A DNA stretch of 63,428 nucleotides, the filler included, from Folioceros fuciformis (taxonomy: Eukaryota): NCBI GenBank assembly GCA_049999805.1. It is 12 parts of 12 records of this genome, joined end to end, with 100 filler letters (N's around TTAATTAATTAA, not from the genome) between each part and the next. Parts side by side here need not be neighbours in the genome. Positions count along the whole stretch, not along the records: positions 1 to 1,211 come from JBNGIO010004993.1; positions 1,312 to 3,091 come from JBNGIO010004994.1; positions 3,192 to 4,858 come from JBNGIO010004995.1; positions 4,959 to 7,570 come from JBNGIO010004996.1; positions 7,671 to 15,209 come from JBNGIO010004997.1; 7 more parts are not named here. One strand, given 5' to 3'. The notes under the pieces are model-generated. The model ran no database searches. It was not told the DNA's origin and worked only from the letters and a program-made list of their open reading frames with translations. Made by a program: the position numbers and the translations under genes. Below are positions 1 to 12,270 of the stretch, one piece after another. How positions within the stretch are numbered: position 1 is the stretch's first letter; every line of letters starts with the position of its first letter.

Positions 1-1211
1 ATCTGGAAGGTGTCAGGCGGCCAACGCCGGATCGTCGTGACGGGCTGCTCGGGTCCTGGACAGGCTGGGTGGCGGCACCTCTCCAATGCTGTAAAATCAA
101 CAACTGCAGGGCCTAAGCAGGCAGGCGGCCAGCCGGATTCAGGCTGGCTAGGCAGGTGGCCTGGCCATGGCGGCTGGTCGCAGCTGGGCCATATAGCCTA
201 AGGCGGCGTTGGATCGTAGCCAGACGGGCCTCTGGCTGATCCAGATTGTGCTGGCCAGGAGGGGGGGCCAGGTATGCGAGAAGGATGGTAGAGGGGCTGC
301 TGGCTGGTGATGGCTGGCTGAGGAGCTTAGCCAAGCAACCCAGCCCGCGCCGGTGGCGAGCAGGCTGCCGGGATCGGATCCCGGCTAGGATCTCTGCTAG
401 GCCGCGGGACCGGCTGGCCATAGGCACAAGGGGCAGCCTGATAGCAGCAACCAGGCGACGAAGTGTTCAGACAGTCATGGCTGGCTATCCTGGATCGCGT
501 CCATCAGGATAGCTGGCTAGGGGCTCTGGATGGCCGGGGCGAGGTCAAGAAGCTGGGCAGCGGCCTGGCTGCAAGACCCCAAGCAGGCTGTCGGCCAGTC
601 GAATCAGGGGGGAATAGGTTGGCTGATCGGACTGCCGACCTGCCCGGGAAAATCGGCCAGCCAGAGTGCAGGAGGCCTGGCTGGGCGCCTAGGCTGGTTG
701 TGGTTGGTCACGCCTGCAGACAGGCAGCCTAGTGCCGGCCAGGCGGGCGCTGTCGACCTGGCCGAACGCTGGAGGCGGGCTGTCGGCAGGGCGATCCGGG
801 CTGGGGTGGGCCGGGGTCTGGCTGACCGCAGGCTCAAGGAGCAGGTGGCCCAGGTCGTCAGCATGCAGGCAGCTCGGTCTGGCGGCAGGCAGACTGGCAG
901 CTGCTGATGACTGGGGGGAAAGGTCTGCTGGCTGGTGGTGGGTTGCTGAAGAACCTAGCCAGCACCCATCCCGGCCTGGCAGTAGGCAGGGTCCGGTCAG
1001 GATCCAGGCCGCGCATCCCAGCAGGCAGCAGGGCCCAGACCAGCTGACCAAGCGGGCTGGAATGCAGTGAGCTGGCGAACATGTTGGATTGAGGTGGGTG
1101 GCAGGCCAGGTAAGGAGCTGGCAGTTGGATCCAAGCAGCCAGACCGGCTGGCTGAACAGTGGCCTGGCTGAATCGTGGCCGCAGTAGTTAGCCTGCTGGA
1201 GGCTGGACAAG
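1..1211. repeat. GC-rich, G-skewed mosaic repeat (probably TE-derived)
   Basis: Dense short motifs (GGCCAG, GCTGGC, GGATCC, CTAG) and no coherent ORF. Same composition at 21338-22960; complementary C-rich version at 16290-17700 and 24660-27293. Confidence 0.6.
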
Positions 1212-1311
1212 NNNNNNNNNNNNNNNNNNNNNNNNNNNNNNNNNNNNNNNNNNNNTTAATTAATTAANNNNNNNNNNNNNNNNNNNNNNNNNNNNNNNNN
1301 NNNNNNNNNNN
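1212..1311. other. Artificial contig spacer (44N-TTAATTAATTAA-44N); also at 3092-3191, 4859-4958, 7571-7670, 15210-15309, 27754-27853, 37526-37625, 40241-40340, 58368-58467, 60421-60520, 61749-61848
   Basis: Identical 100-nt blocks whose 12-mer gives stop codons in all six frames. Confidence 0.97.
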
Positions 1312-2225
1312 TATAATGCAAGCCATAGGTTATGGTGCCCTTTAAATAACGATAGATATGCTTGACAGCTGCCCAATGCGGACGCCCAGGGTTCTTCAGA
1401 AATTGAGCAACAACACTGACAGCAAAGCTGATGTCTGGACGGGTCCAATTGGCCAGAAAAATCAAGCACCCAATAGCTTCAGCATATGGAACACTAGACA
1501 TGTGATCTTCCTCCTCTGCTGTGCAAGGTGACTGATCGGCTGTGAGCTTCTCACCAACGACACAAGGAGTAGACACAGGACGAGCCTCATGTAAGTGAAA
1601 GCGTTTTAAGATCTCCTTAAGATACTTGGTTTGATGTAAGATAACAGTGCCCTGACTTTTGTCCCGCAAAATCTGTATGCCCAAACAGAACTGAAGAGGG
1701 CCTTGATCTGTCATTTCAAACTCACTGCGAAGGAGGGCCTTAACCTTGTCGAGCTGGACCAAACTATTGCTTAGAAGTATGGCATCATCAACATAAAGGG
1801 CCAGCACTACGAACAAGCCTCCCTCAGATAAGTAAAAGACATTACTGTCAGCAGGAGACTGCAGAAAGCTTGACTTCATAAGGAACTTCATAATACGCTT
1901 GAACCATGCTCGTGGGCTTTGCTTCAAGCCATATATTATCTTAAGCAATTTACAAACCTTGTTGGGCCACTGCTTGCTAACGAAGCCCTCGCGCTGCTCC
2001 ATGTACAAAACCTCCTCTAGATCACCATGAAGAAATGCTGTATATACATCCATCTGGTGAAGTTCTAAGTCGAGTTCTGCTGCCAGGGCAAGAGGGATGC
2101 GAACTGAAGGAGGTTTCACAACTGGTGAAAAGGTGTCACCGTAGTCGATGCCAGGTATCTGTGAGAACCCCCTCGCAACAAGTCTGCTCTTGTAACGAGC
2201 TATTGTTCCATTCGCTTTTAACTTG
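1312..2225 (-). mobile_element. Ty1/copia reverse transcriptase fragment (open frame)
   Basis: Motifs YKSRLVARGF, TFSPVVK, QMDVYTAFLHG, YGLKQSPRAW, LYVDD, TRPDIS. Confidence 0.95.
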
Positions 2226-3046
2226 GTCTTCAACCTCTCCTTCATCTAGTTCACCTTCCTCTCAATGAGGTGGATCAACCTCTTGTCCAGTCGACACATC
2301 ATTCTTCCCTTGCTGGACGAGTGGTTCCTCCCTTGCCTCTGGTGGTTTAGGAGTGTTGCTACGTTCTCTCCTCCTTCTCTTCTCTTCCTTCTTTGTCCTC
2401 TCCTTATAACGACGTTCAGAACGAGTGGTGACCCTTGCCACCATGACTTCTTCACCATCGCTAGCTTCGCCTGAATATCCCTCCTCCACAATGCCAGAAA
2501 ATGCTTGAGAGTCAATCAAAGGCTCCTCCTCAGCCTCCACCGACAACACAAGTGCGCTTGTCACCGGAGCTGCTGTCTCCACAGAAGTCCCTCTTGCGGT
2601 GCCTCCGTGATCCTCACTCCAGATCTAGGCAGTGCAGGCCTAGGGATGCCCGAACACCTTGGATCCCCAGCCCTGTGCCCTGGATCCTTACACACTTGAC
2701 AAAATGGCACAAATCCAAGTTGCCTACGTGGCTCTGTGCACTCGTTAGCATAGTGTCCCGGCAAGCCACAATTAAAACAACAACCTATTGCCACCACTTG
2801 TGGACGCTGGGACGAATCTGGCCTCCAATGGCCTGGAGATACTGGATGAGGACCATACCTCATTCCAGGAGGTCCTGGGGGTTGGAAAGATGGCCGAATG
2901 GACTGTGGTGGTCGAGGAGCAGTCACAGCCTATACCTGATAGAAGTCATCCACGTACCAATAGTCTCCTAGTAGGTAGGTGTCCACTTGGTTGACGGCGT
3001 GGCGGGGAGCCCTAGTGCACTTTTGGTGGGTGTGTCCTGATTGGTG
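2226..3046 (-). mobile_element. Retrotransposon gag C-terminal remnant with two zinc knuckles (gypsy-like)
   Basis: ORF 2561-2926 has CFNCGLPGHYANEC and CQVCKDPGHRAGDPRC, followed by a frameshifted acidic/basic tail. Confidence 0.7.
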
Positions 3047-3091
3047 TGTGAACCTCCAAAGTTTGGGGTAGTAGTTTGTTTTGGTTGAAAA
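3047..3091 (+). mobile_element. Terminus of a putative LTR family starting TGTGAACC (second copy at 27294)
   Basis: TGTGAACCTCCAAAGTTTGGGGTAGT(A/G)GTTTGTTTTGGTTGAAAA occurs at both loci; homology starts at TG and the left flanks are unrelated. Confidence 0.65.
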
Positions 3092-3191
3092 NNNNNNNNN
3101 NNNNNNNNNNNNNNNNNNNNNNNNNNNNNNNNNNNTTAATTAATTAANNNNNNNNNNNNNNNNNNNNNNNNNNNNNNNNNNNNNNNNNNNN

Positions 3192-4737
3192 GCCCATGCT
3201 GGTACAAATCACTTACAGCTAGTTTTTGTAGCTTAACAAAGTGTGGATGACCTAGTCGTAAATGCCAAAGTTTTGACTTCTCTATCTGTTGTACAGACAC
3301 TTGAGAAGATCCTTTAGTCAAATGGGCATGTGGCTTACGACTGTCTGTATGAAGACGAAACAAGTCTTTCCCTGAAGACCCAAAGGCAAGTATTTTCTAA
3401 TGATTAAAGGCATCTAACACTTGACATTCTGTTTGAGTAAAAAGAATGTGACAGTGATTATCAGAATTCAACTTCCTTACGGAAATTAAGTTACGTGTCA
3501 TGTCTGGTACGTAGTACACATCATGTAACACTAACACATTTCCTGATGGTACTGACAGGTCTATGGTACCAATACCAGGAGATACAAGGGATCTATCATC
3601 CCCCAAGTATACATATTGATCCTTGACTGATCTGTACATTTGAAATGCCTTTCTGTCCAAGCATATGTGGGCATTAGCCCCTGTGTCTAAATACCAGTCT
3701 ATGGTATGCTGAACCTTTGTATGTGTTGACAAACAGGCAGGTGACAAGAACGAGCTTGTAGCAAAGACTGTTGTACCAACTGTGAGGGCAGAGGGGGTTG
3801 GTTGCTTCTTAATAACCACGTGAGTCTCAGCGCTGGTTGAACCCTCCTTGCGAGGAACACCAGCCTGCTTTTTCCTGCACTCACGCTCCCAGTGACCAGG
3901 TGACTTGCACCAGTTGCAATTTCCTGTCCTTTTGGGTTTTCTTTGACTGGCTCCACGTCCTTGTGAGCCACCTCCTCTTGAGGTACTGCCCCCACCCCTA
4001 TTGTAGGGTCTTCCTCCTCCACGTCCTCGGTTAGAAGTGAAGAGGGCTTGCTGTTTACCAGTGCGTCTGCTATGTGTTTTGCTAGCTTCCTCTTGCAATA
4101 AAGCTCCCACTAACTCTGCAAAGCTTGTTTCAGGTAGGGTTACACCTGAAGCCTTTGCAAGCTTTTTAGTCTGGAGCTTGGAGGCATTGAAGGATGTCAC
4201 AAAGTGTGACCAAGAATCTGGTAAGGATATTAGGAAGTATAGTGTAAGTATATCATCCTTTAAGGTCTCATTTGTAGCACTTTCCAGTCTTGAGACAAGT
4301 GTCCTGAAATGTCCAAGGTGCTTTTCAATTAAGTCTCCTTCCCTCATTTTACATAATTGTAAATTCCTTAATGCTGTCATTTGACTTGTCTTGTTGCTGC
4401 CTGAATACAGGTCTTGAAGTCTTATCCATATTTCAGCTGAGGTTGTGCATCCTGAAGTCTGTCTTAACATTTCTGAAGTAAGACCACTTCGAATGAGGTA
4501 CATGGCTGCTTCATCCTTTGCACCCCATGTATCCTTTGCCTTTTTCTCAGCTGTTGAAGGTTGTGCAGGAGGTGGAGGCATTACTGGGACTGGTTCTTCC
4601 CCAGTAACCACCTTCCACAATTTCCTATTTTGTAAGGCTCCTTTCATGCGGATTACCCATATATCGTAATCCTGCCCACCAAACCTATCCTTTTCCTTAA
4701 ACCCATCCCCACCTAAGGTTGAGGGATCAGTGGCCAT
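3192..4737 (-). mobile_element. Ty1/copia gag-protease-GAG-pre-integrase, interrupted by a stop at 3397-3399
   Basis: Copia gag (YDIWVIRMKGAL), knuckle CNWCKSPGHWEREC, protease WYLDTGANAH, and KLWHLRLGHP after the stop. Confidence 0.93.
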
Positions 4738-4958
4738 TTTTCCTCTTTTGTATTTTTGGGTTAGCTACTCCCAAGAATACTAAGATTGTGTAATGGCTTT
4801 TTGCAGGGGTTAGGAAAAACTCAAGACTTCAGATGCTTCATGCAGCAAGGTCAAAGAANNNNNNNNNNNNNNNNNNNNNNNNNNNNNNNNNNNNNNNNNN
4901 NNTTAATTAATTAANNNNNNNNNNNNNNNNNNNNNNNNNNNNNNNNNNNNNNNNNNNN

Positions 4959-6513
4959 ACCTATTTACAAAGCCACTGCCGAAGGACCGTCATGCTGCTC
5001 ACTGCGAAGCCTTGGGTCTCGTCGTCAAGGCGAACCCTTGACTTGCACACACCTGCACAGCACTTGCACTTACTTGCATAGTTGGTTAGCACTGTCAGGA
5101 ATAGTGGGGGCGGAAGGGCGCACAACAGAATAGCTACCTTTGCTTGTCTCTGTGTGCTACAGGCGCAACTGCTTCAAGCCTGCAATCTCCGCCGTCACCT
5201 CAGGGCACCTCCAAAAGGGAGCGTACCTGAAGACAAGGTTACCTTCATCATCGCACCCAACAACATCTAAAATCATTGCCAGACCTGGACATGGCGACAG
5301 CTTGCGGAAGCTCTCCTCAGACACAGGAGACAACCCCGGAGCTGCCGCAACTCAGCATGCTACAATCTCAACTTTTGGCGCAGCAGTTCCTCCCTGCTCA
5401 GCTTGCTCAACCTGCATGACTTCTGGGGCACTGAACTCTTCCCGGAATATCGTCTCTGCTCCCAGGAGGCAACGCAGATTAGCAGCACAAGCAGGAGCAA
5501 GAGGGCAAAGTTGCCGTCCAAGTGGGAAACTCCTCCAACACTCAGCATAGTTGCGCTCAGTTCTGCAGACAGCGTATGCGGAAGCCAAAGACTGCCGGAG
5601 TTTACGGCGCATGCGAGAGTTCACAACGGCAGGAATGCAGACTAAGTGGGGGTAGCGTAAAACGGTGCCCTAGTCTAGCATGCTTCCCACGTTAAGTAGA
5701 GTTTAGGTTATGGCATATGCGCTTAGATATGAACGGGCACATACCGTGCCCTAATGAAACGCTACCCGTCAACTGTCGTACAGGTTCACGGGACACGGCC
5801 TTAAAAGGCCTCACACACATGCATATCGTATTATTAATCTATGCTGATTTCCTCCCTACGCTAAGTCCTTTGATCCTACGCTAGAAGACCCCTGCGAAGA
5901 AGCGGAAGGTGGGTGGCTGTGCCGCCAAAGTTACGGGGGTGTCGTCGCTGCAGGAGGTCGTCCAAAAGGTGGGCGTTAGGGCACTGAATGCACCTCAGGA
6001 GAAGGTGCTAGGAGAGTGAACGGGCCCAACTGAGGTGGCAGGCAAGTTAGGGCAAGCGCAGGAGGGAGAACCCTTCCCGGGATGGGAGGGGATTTTCAAG
6101 AACGTTCCTGTGGTGACCAAGCTGCAGGAGGAGGACCTGGCCAGACTGCGCATGCTACTGGGAAGGCATATTTTGGACAGAAGGATGGCTACCGGAGGCG
6201 CACCACAGCAAGTGGATTTACCAAGCCTAACTGCGGCCATGGTGCGGGCACAGGCGGATATGTTGGACTAGGCTGCCAGGGCACTAACCTAGTTGAGCAT
6301 GCAGGGGCAGAAGAAAGTAGAGGCACAGGTGAAGCTGACCGAGGCTGAGGCAAGTCGGCAGCAGCTGAAGGAAATATGACAGACGCTAAGTGCAACCAAG
6401 GAATAAGCGGAGGAAGAAGCCCGCCGAGCCCGAGAGGAAATGCAGACGCTAAAGGAATAGCAGGAATTGCTCCTGGCTCAAGTCAGAGAGGCCCATGGAA
6501 CCAATCAGGAAGC
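4959..6513 (+). pseudogene. Decayed ORF(s) of unknown, probably TE-accessory protein with an NLS-like motif and a C-terminal coiled coil
   Basis: ORFs 5082-5270 and 5403-5645 share one frame, broken by a single TAA. From about 5888 one frame reads TPAKKRKV...EEEARRAREEMQTLKE*QELLLAQV through several stops consistent with C-to-T changes. Confidence 0.45.
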
Positions 6514-6710
6514 TGAGATTATAAACAATACCAAAGAAGCAAGAGCATAAAGGCAATAGCAATCATTATGTGTAAGAAGACCTACAAATATGTCAAGGGG
6601 CATAAGTAGTTATAACTGCTAGTCTATCCTAACTACCTAAGATGTAACCCTAAGTACATACTAACAATGTATATAATAAGTAATTATTATTTTTCCTAAC
6701 ACTCCCACTC
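6514..6710 (-). mobile_element. Putative 3' LTR (6514-6701) with polypurine tract
   Basis: Minus strand reads GAGTGGGAG-TGTTAGG (PPT then TG). The AT-rich block ends ...ATCTCA where the upstream ORF is interrupted. Confidence 0.5.
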
Positions 6711-6901
6711 ATTGTGTACGTATGTCTTAGCGATACGCCCACCGAACCTGTCCAGAATAGAATAACCCAAAATCGTCCACTCAAGTGTACCAGCAGAACG
6801 GGTTCTCTGCACGCGTACAGCAGTGACAGTCCCGTGTGACATAAAATTCACAGCGCCCAGCCGCAATTCGCATCCCTAATCTTGGCATCGGCTGGACAGA
6901 G

Positions 6902-7570
6902 TTGGAGCATCCACAACTGGTGAAGATGGCGAACGATGGCGCATCCAGGACTTCTGCTCGTCAACAAGACACCACAGTCTTCAAAGAGGAGATCACAGAG
7001 AAACGCCAACTGCCACACACCGCTACGTCGACTCCAGCACCACCTCGAAACACAGTCCAGGGGTTTGCATCAGCTGCAGAGGAGAGACTGCCCGCTCGAG
7101 TGGTAGAGTTCCTTGCACCACGTCCAGTTCAGCCAAAAGCTCCAGAGTGCATCTGTGAGGCCGAAGCTCTCTTGTGCCCTCGACACGGCAAAATTCCAAA
7201 AATGGCTGCGACAGTCAGGCTTCGAAGGCAACTCAGCGCTGCTGGTGGCCAGTCTGCACAATTCCAGGAGTCTGCACCTGAGGAACCTGTTGACGCTCCC
7301 ACTTTTGCTCACAAGTGCTTCTCACCGCGTGGTCCTTTGAATGCAGTGAAAGCTCCACCACAGGAGGAGGACGAATACATCATGCTGCCTACGCCTCACA
7401 ACCCAAGACCCTTCACACTGCCTAGAGGAAACCGGACCAGGACTGTGAGGTTGATAATAGACGGCAACGGGATCAATGACCCTCTCACTCCTGAGACATA
7501 CACCTGTACTGTGACTGGAATTACAATGATCAGAGAGGACTGGTTCAAGTGGGGTGGAGAGCACGGAAAC
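6902..7570 (+). CDS. Uncharacterised open frame (>220 aa, runs into gap), probably TE-borne
   Basis: Stop-free frame, first ATG at 6926; no family motif recognised; adjacent to the PPT/LTR. Confidence 0.3.
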
Positions 7571-7718
7571 NNNNNNNNNNNNNNNNNNNNNNNNNNNNNN
7601 NNNNNNNNNNNNNNTTAATTAATTAANNNNNNNNNNNNNNNNNNNNNNNNNNNNNNNNNNNNNNNNNNNNACACTGGAAGGTGGCAGGGGCATTGGTAAG
7701 ACCAAACGGCATTACCCA

Positions 7719-10700
7719 CCGGAAAGGACGTGTTCGACTTGGAAATAACTACGCATGCGAGATTGCAGGTGTTGGTGATGTGCAGCTGAAGTTCGACAAC
7801 GGATCTTCATTCATACTGAAGGATGTTAGGCATGTTCCGAAGTTGACAAAAAGCATGATTAGCGCAAGGCAGTTCGATTATGCTGGCTACCACTGTTGGT
7901 TTGGACATCATTCTTGGAAGATCTCTAAAGGTTCTCTTGTAATAGCTCGTGGATCGAAGTGTGGCACTTTGTACTCACTTCAGGCAACCACTATCAAGGA
8001 TCATGTGATTTGTGTTACGGAACAGCCAAGTGTTTCCTTGTGGCATTGTCGGTTAGGACATATGTTTCAAAAAGGAATGAAGATACTATCTCGTTTTGGT
8101 TTCGTCCCTACTTTTGACTTCTCCAATTTCTCCGTGTCTGAGCACTGTTTGTATGGGAAACAGACGAAGTCACTACATGGAGGAAGAGGTAAACACAAAA
8201 GTAAACCTCTTGAGTTGGTTCACAGTGACGTTTGTGGACCTATGCCCACTGTATCATTAGGCGGTGCATCCTATTTTGTCACTTTCATAAATGATTTCTC
8301 ACGCAAGGTGTGGGTTTATCCTTGGAGGAAAAAGGATGATGTTCTGACAGTGTTTTAGAAATTCGTCACCCTTGTGGAGAATCAGTTTGGCCTCTGACTG
8401 AAGTGTCTAAGGACGGACAATGGGGGAGACTACGTTTCGAAGGATTTCCAGTCATTCTGTGATTCCAAAGGAATCAAAAGAGAATTGACTACCCCGTATA
8501 CTCCTCCCCAGAATGGTGTGGCTGAACGGATGAACTCCTAGGACCATCCAGGGGAGGATGCGTAGTTTGTTGTCAAACTCTGGATTGCCTAACGGATTTT
8601 GGGCAGAAGCAGTGGTTACTGTAGTGCATCTTATTAACAGATCTCCTAATAAGGCTGTGGATGAACAGGTTCCAGAGGAGGTGTGGTCTGGAAAGAAGCG
8701 TCATACAAGCATCTACGAGTGCTTGGTTGCGAGGCATACTACCATGTTCCGAAGAAGTTTCGGAACAAGTTGACGCCCAAGTCAAGAAAATGAATTTTTC
8801 TTGGCTATGGTGAATCTGGTGAGATGGGATATCGTCTATGGGATCCAGAGGCCAAGAGGGTTGTTCGCAGCAATGATGTGTTCTTCAATGAGACCAAGAT
8901 GCACAAGCCTACTCCAATTGTGGAGGTGCGACGGGTGGTCTTCCAAGAAAATGGATTGGACTGTCCCGCGTAGGTTGAACGACGTGATATGCAGGAACAA
9001 GTTCCTCCACTTGTAGAAGAGGAGAGAGTGCAACCACTTCCGGTCGAGGCGCCAATGCTTCGTAGGTCAGGAAGGATTTCATGTCCTCCTAACAGGTATG
9101 TTGCATCTCTTGATTATGTCATGCTGACGGATTGTGGGGAGCCTTCTTGTTACCAAGAGGCCATGTCAGTGACTGACAAGGACAAGTGGGAGAAGGCGAT
9201 GCAGTCACAGATGGATTCGCTCCATCAGAACCAAACTTGGGAGTTGGTTCAATTGCCTAGGGGCAAAAAGGCGTTGCCATGCAAATGAGTGTATAAGATG
9301 AAGGACATACCCCATTATGGCAAACCCAAGTACAAGGCATGATTGGTTGCTAAGGGTTTTAAGCAACAGCAAGGGATTGACTTTGATGAGATTTTCTCAC
9401 CAGTTGTTAAGATGACCACCTTGCGATGTGTTCTTGGTCTGGTTGCGAGGAACGACATGGAACTTGTCCAGATGGATGTGAAGTCAGCATCTCTGCATGG
9501 TGATCTCCAGGAAGAGGTATACATGCAGCAACCAGAGGGTCTCATTGAGAAGGGCAAAGAGAATCTGGTGTGCAGGTTAAAGAAGAGCCTTTATGTTTTG
9601 AAGCAGGCACCCAGGGAGTGGTATTACAAGTTCCACTCATTTATGCTTTCTCAAGGCTACAAACGTAGCAAGGAGGATCATTGCCTCTTTACGAATCAAG
9701 CTAAGGATGGAAGCTTGCTCATTTTGGTCCTTTATGTGGATGATATGCTAATTGTTGGGACATAATAGTGATGAGATTTCAGCGTTGAAGTCAAAGTTGA
9801 ATGCTCACTTTGACATGATAGACTTGGGAGAGGCAAGCCATATTCTTGGTATGCGTATTCGTCAAGACAGATAGAAGCGTTTGCTTTACTTGTTTCAGAC
9901 TGAATACATAAACAAGGTGCTTCAATGTTTCAACATGGAGAAGGGGAAGGAATTGAGTACTCCGTTGCCTCCATATGTGAAACTTTTGAGCAAGGATTAC
10001 CCAAGTTCTGCGGAGGACAAAGCTGAAATGGAGAAGGTTCCATACTCATCAGTTGTAGGGAGTTTGATGTATGCAATGATTGCTACACGTTCTGACATTG
10101 CCTATGCAATGATTGCTACACAACCTGACATTGCCTATGCAATGATTGCTACACGTCCTGACATTGCCTATGCAATGATTGCCACACATCCTGACCTTGC
10201 CTATGCAATGATTGCTACACGTCCTGACATTGCCTATGCAATGATTGCTACAGGTCCTAACATTGCCTATGCAATGATTGCTACACGTCCTGACATTGCC
10301 TATGCAATGATTGCTACACGTCCTGACATTGCCTAGAAGAGGAGAGAGTGCAACTAGCTCCGGTAGAGGCGCCAGTGCTTCGTAGGTCAGGAAGGATCTC
10401 ACGTTCTCCTGACAGCTATGTTGCATCTCTTGATTATGTCATGCTGATGGATTGTGGGGAACCCTCTTGTTACTAAGAGGCCATGTCAGTGATTGACAAG
10501 GACAAGTGGGAGAAGGCGATGCAGTCGCAGATGGATTTGCTCCATAAGAACCAAACTTGGGAGTTGGTTTGGTTCCCTAGGACAAGAAGGCGTTGCCATG
10601 CAAATGGGTGTATAAGATGAAGGACATACCCCATTATGGCAAACCCAAGTGCAAGGCACGATTGGTTGCTAAGGGTTTTAAGCAACAACAAGGTATTGAC

Positions 10701-11975
10701 TTTGATGAGATTTTCTCACTAGTTGTCAAAATGACCACCTTGCGATATGTACTTGGTCTAGTTGCGAGGCATGGGTCTAGTTGCAAGGCACGACATGGAA
10801 CTTATCCAGATGGATGTGAAGTAGGCAATTCTTGCATGGTGATCTCCAGGAAGAGGTATACATGCAGCAACCAGAGGGTTTCATTGAGAAGGGCAAAGAG
10901 AGTCTGGTGTGCAGGTTAAAGAAGAGCCTTTATGGTTTGAAGCAAGCACCCATGGAGTGGTATTTCAAGTTCCACTCATTTATGCTTTCTCAAGGCTACA
11001 AGAGTAGCGATAAGGATTATTACCTCTATACCAAGCAAGCTAAGGATGGAAGCTTGCTCATTCTAGTCCTCTATGTGGATGATATGCTGATTGCTGGGAC
11101 TAATAGTGATGAGATTTCAGCGTTGAAGTCAAAGTTGAATGCTCACTTTGACGTGATAGACTTGAGAGAGGCAAGCCATATTCTTGGCATGTTTATTCAT
11201 CGAGACAGACAGAAGTACTAAGTACATTAAGAAGATGCTTCAACGTTTCAATATGGAGAAGGGAAAGGTATTGAGTACTCCGTTGCCTCCATATGTGAAA
11301 CTTTCAAGCAAGGATTGCCCAAGCTCTGCGGAGGACAAAGCTGAAATGGAGAAGGTTTCATACTCATCAACTATAGGGAGTTTGATGTATGCAATAATTG
11401 CTATACATCCTGACATTGCCTTTGCGGTGGGAGTGGTTAGCAGGTTTATGTCAAACCCTGGCAGGAAGCATCGGGAGGCAGTGAAAGGAGTTATGAGGTA
11501 CTTGAATGGTACAAAAGCTTTGTGCTTATGTTTTGGTAGTGAAGGTGCATCTGTAGTGGGATATACGGATGCTGATTATGTAGGGGATATGGACAAAAGG
11601 AGGTCGACATCAGGTTATGTCTTCATGTGCACAGGAGGGACAGTCTCATGGCAATCTCGTTTGCAATCGTGCATAACGCTATCTACCATAGAAGCCGAGT
11701 ATGTTGCAGCGACTGAGGCGTGCAAGGAATCCATGTGGCTTGCTTGTTTAGTGGGAGATTTGGGGATTAAGGTTGAGCTGCCAGTGTTGCATTATGATAG
11801 CCAAAGTGCTATTCAATTGGCAAAGAATCCAGTGTTTCATGCGAAGAGCAAACATGTGGAAGTGAAGTATCACTTCATTCGAGAGGTGTTGTTGGAAGAC
11901 AAGAGGGTACAACTTGTCAAAGTTCACACCAGTCAGAACCCTGCAGATGTTCTTACCAAAGGCCTCTCTACAGAG
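7719..11975 (+). mobile_element. Degenerate Ty1/copia pol (end of protease, integrase, RT, RNase H) with internal duplication
   Basis: WHCRLGHM, LVHSDVCGP, QMDVK, LYVDD, YTDADY and KNPVFHAKSKH motifs with many stops and frameshifts. The segment starting at 9014 is repeated from 10334. Confidence 0.93.
10070..10333 (+). repeat. 8 x 33-bp in-frame tandem repeat encoding YAMIATRPDIA
   Basis: Unit TATGCAATGATTGCTACACGTCCTGACATTGCC, copies differ by point changes. Confidence 0.95.
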
Positions 11976-12257
11976 TGTAGGGTTATTAAAGCCCAATGTG
12001 CTTAGGCTAATGTGTTTAGTCTAAGATTAGTGTCTAGTTAAGTATCATTAGTTTAGATTAGCTTAAGCTAATCTGTAGGAAGCTTCTTGCGCAGCTTCCT
12101 GTAAGCTTCTTGTGAAGCTTCCTAGGGAGCTCTTCTAGAGGGTATAAATACCCCCTTGAGCTCCCTTGCCAACTATTCTCAATGTGACCTCTTTTTCTCC
12201 TCTCCTCTCTGCCTCCTCTTCTCCTCTCCTCCACCATGTTCCTCTAGTGATCCTACA
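11976..12257 (+). mobile_element. Copia 5' LTR (282 bp)
   Basis: TGTAGG...CCTACA inverted ends; TATAAATA box near 12143; followed by a PBS; homologous inverted copy at 20400-20671. Confidence 0.92.
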
Positions 12258-12259
12258 AG

Positions 12260-12270
12260 TGGTATCAGAG
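12260..12270 (+). promoter_or_regulatory. Primer-binding site for initiator tRNA-Met
   Basis: TGGTATCAGAG, 2 nt after the LTR end. Confidence 0.92.

Noticed and set aside
10-1210. Overlapping ORFs in the GC mosaic blocks (also 16.4-17.7, 21.7-23.0 and 25.2-27.1 kb)
   Set aside because: Low-complexity, stop-poor sequence open in several frames on both strands.
1256-1267. Recurrent TTAATTAATTAA and ORFs ending in 'LIN'
   Set aside because: Artificial contig linker, always centred in N runs.
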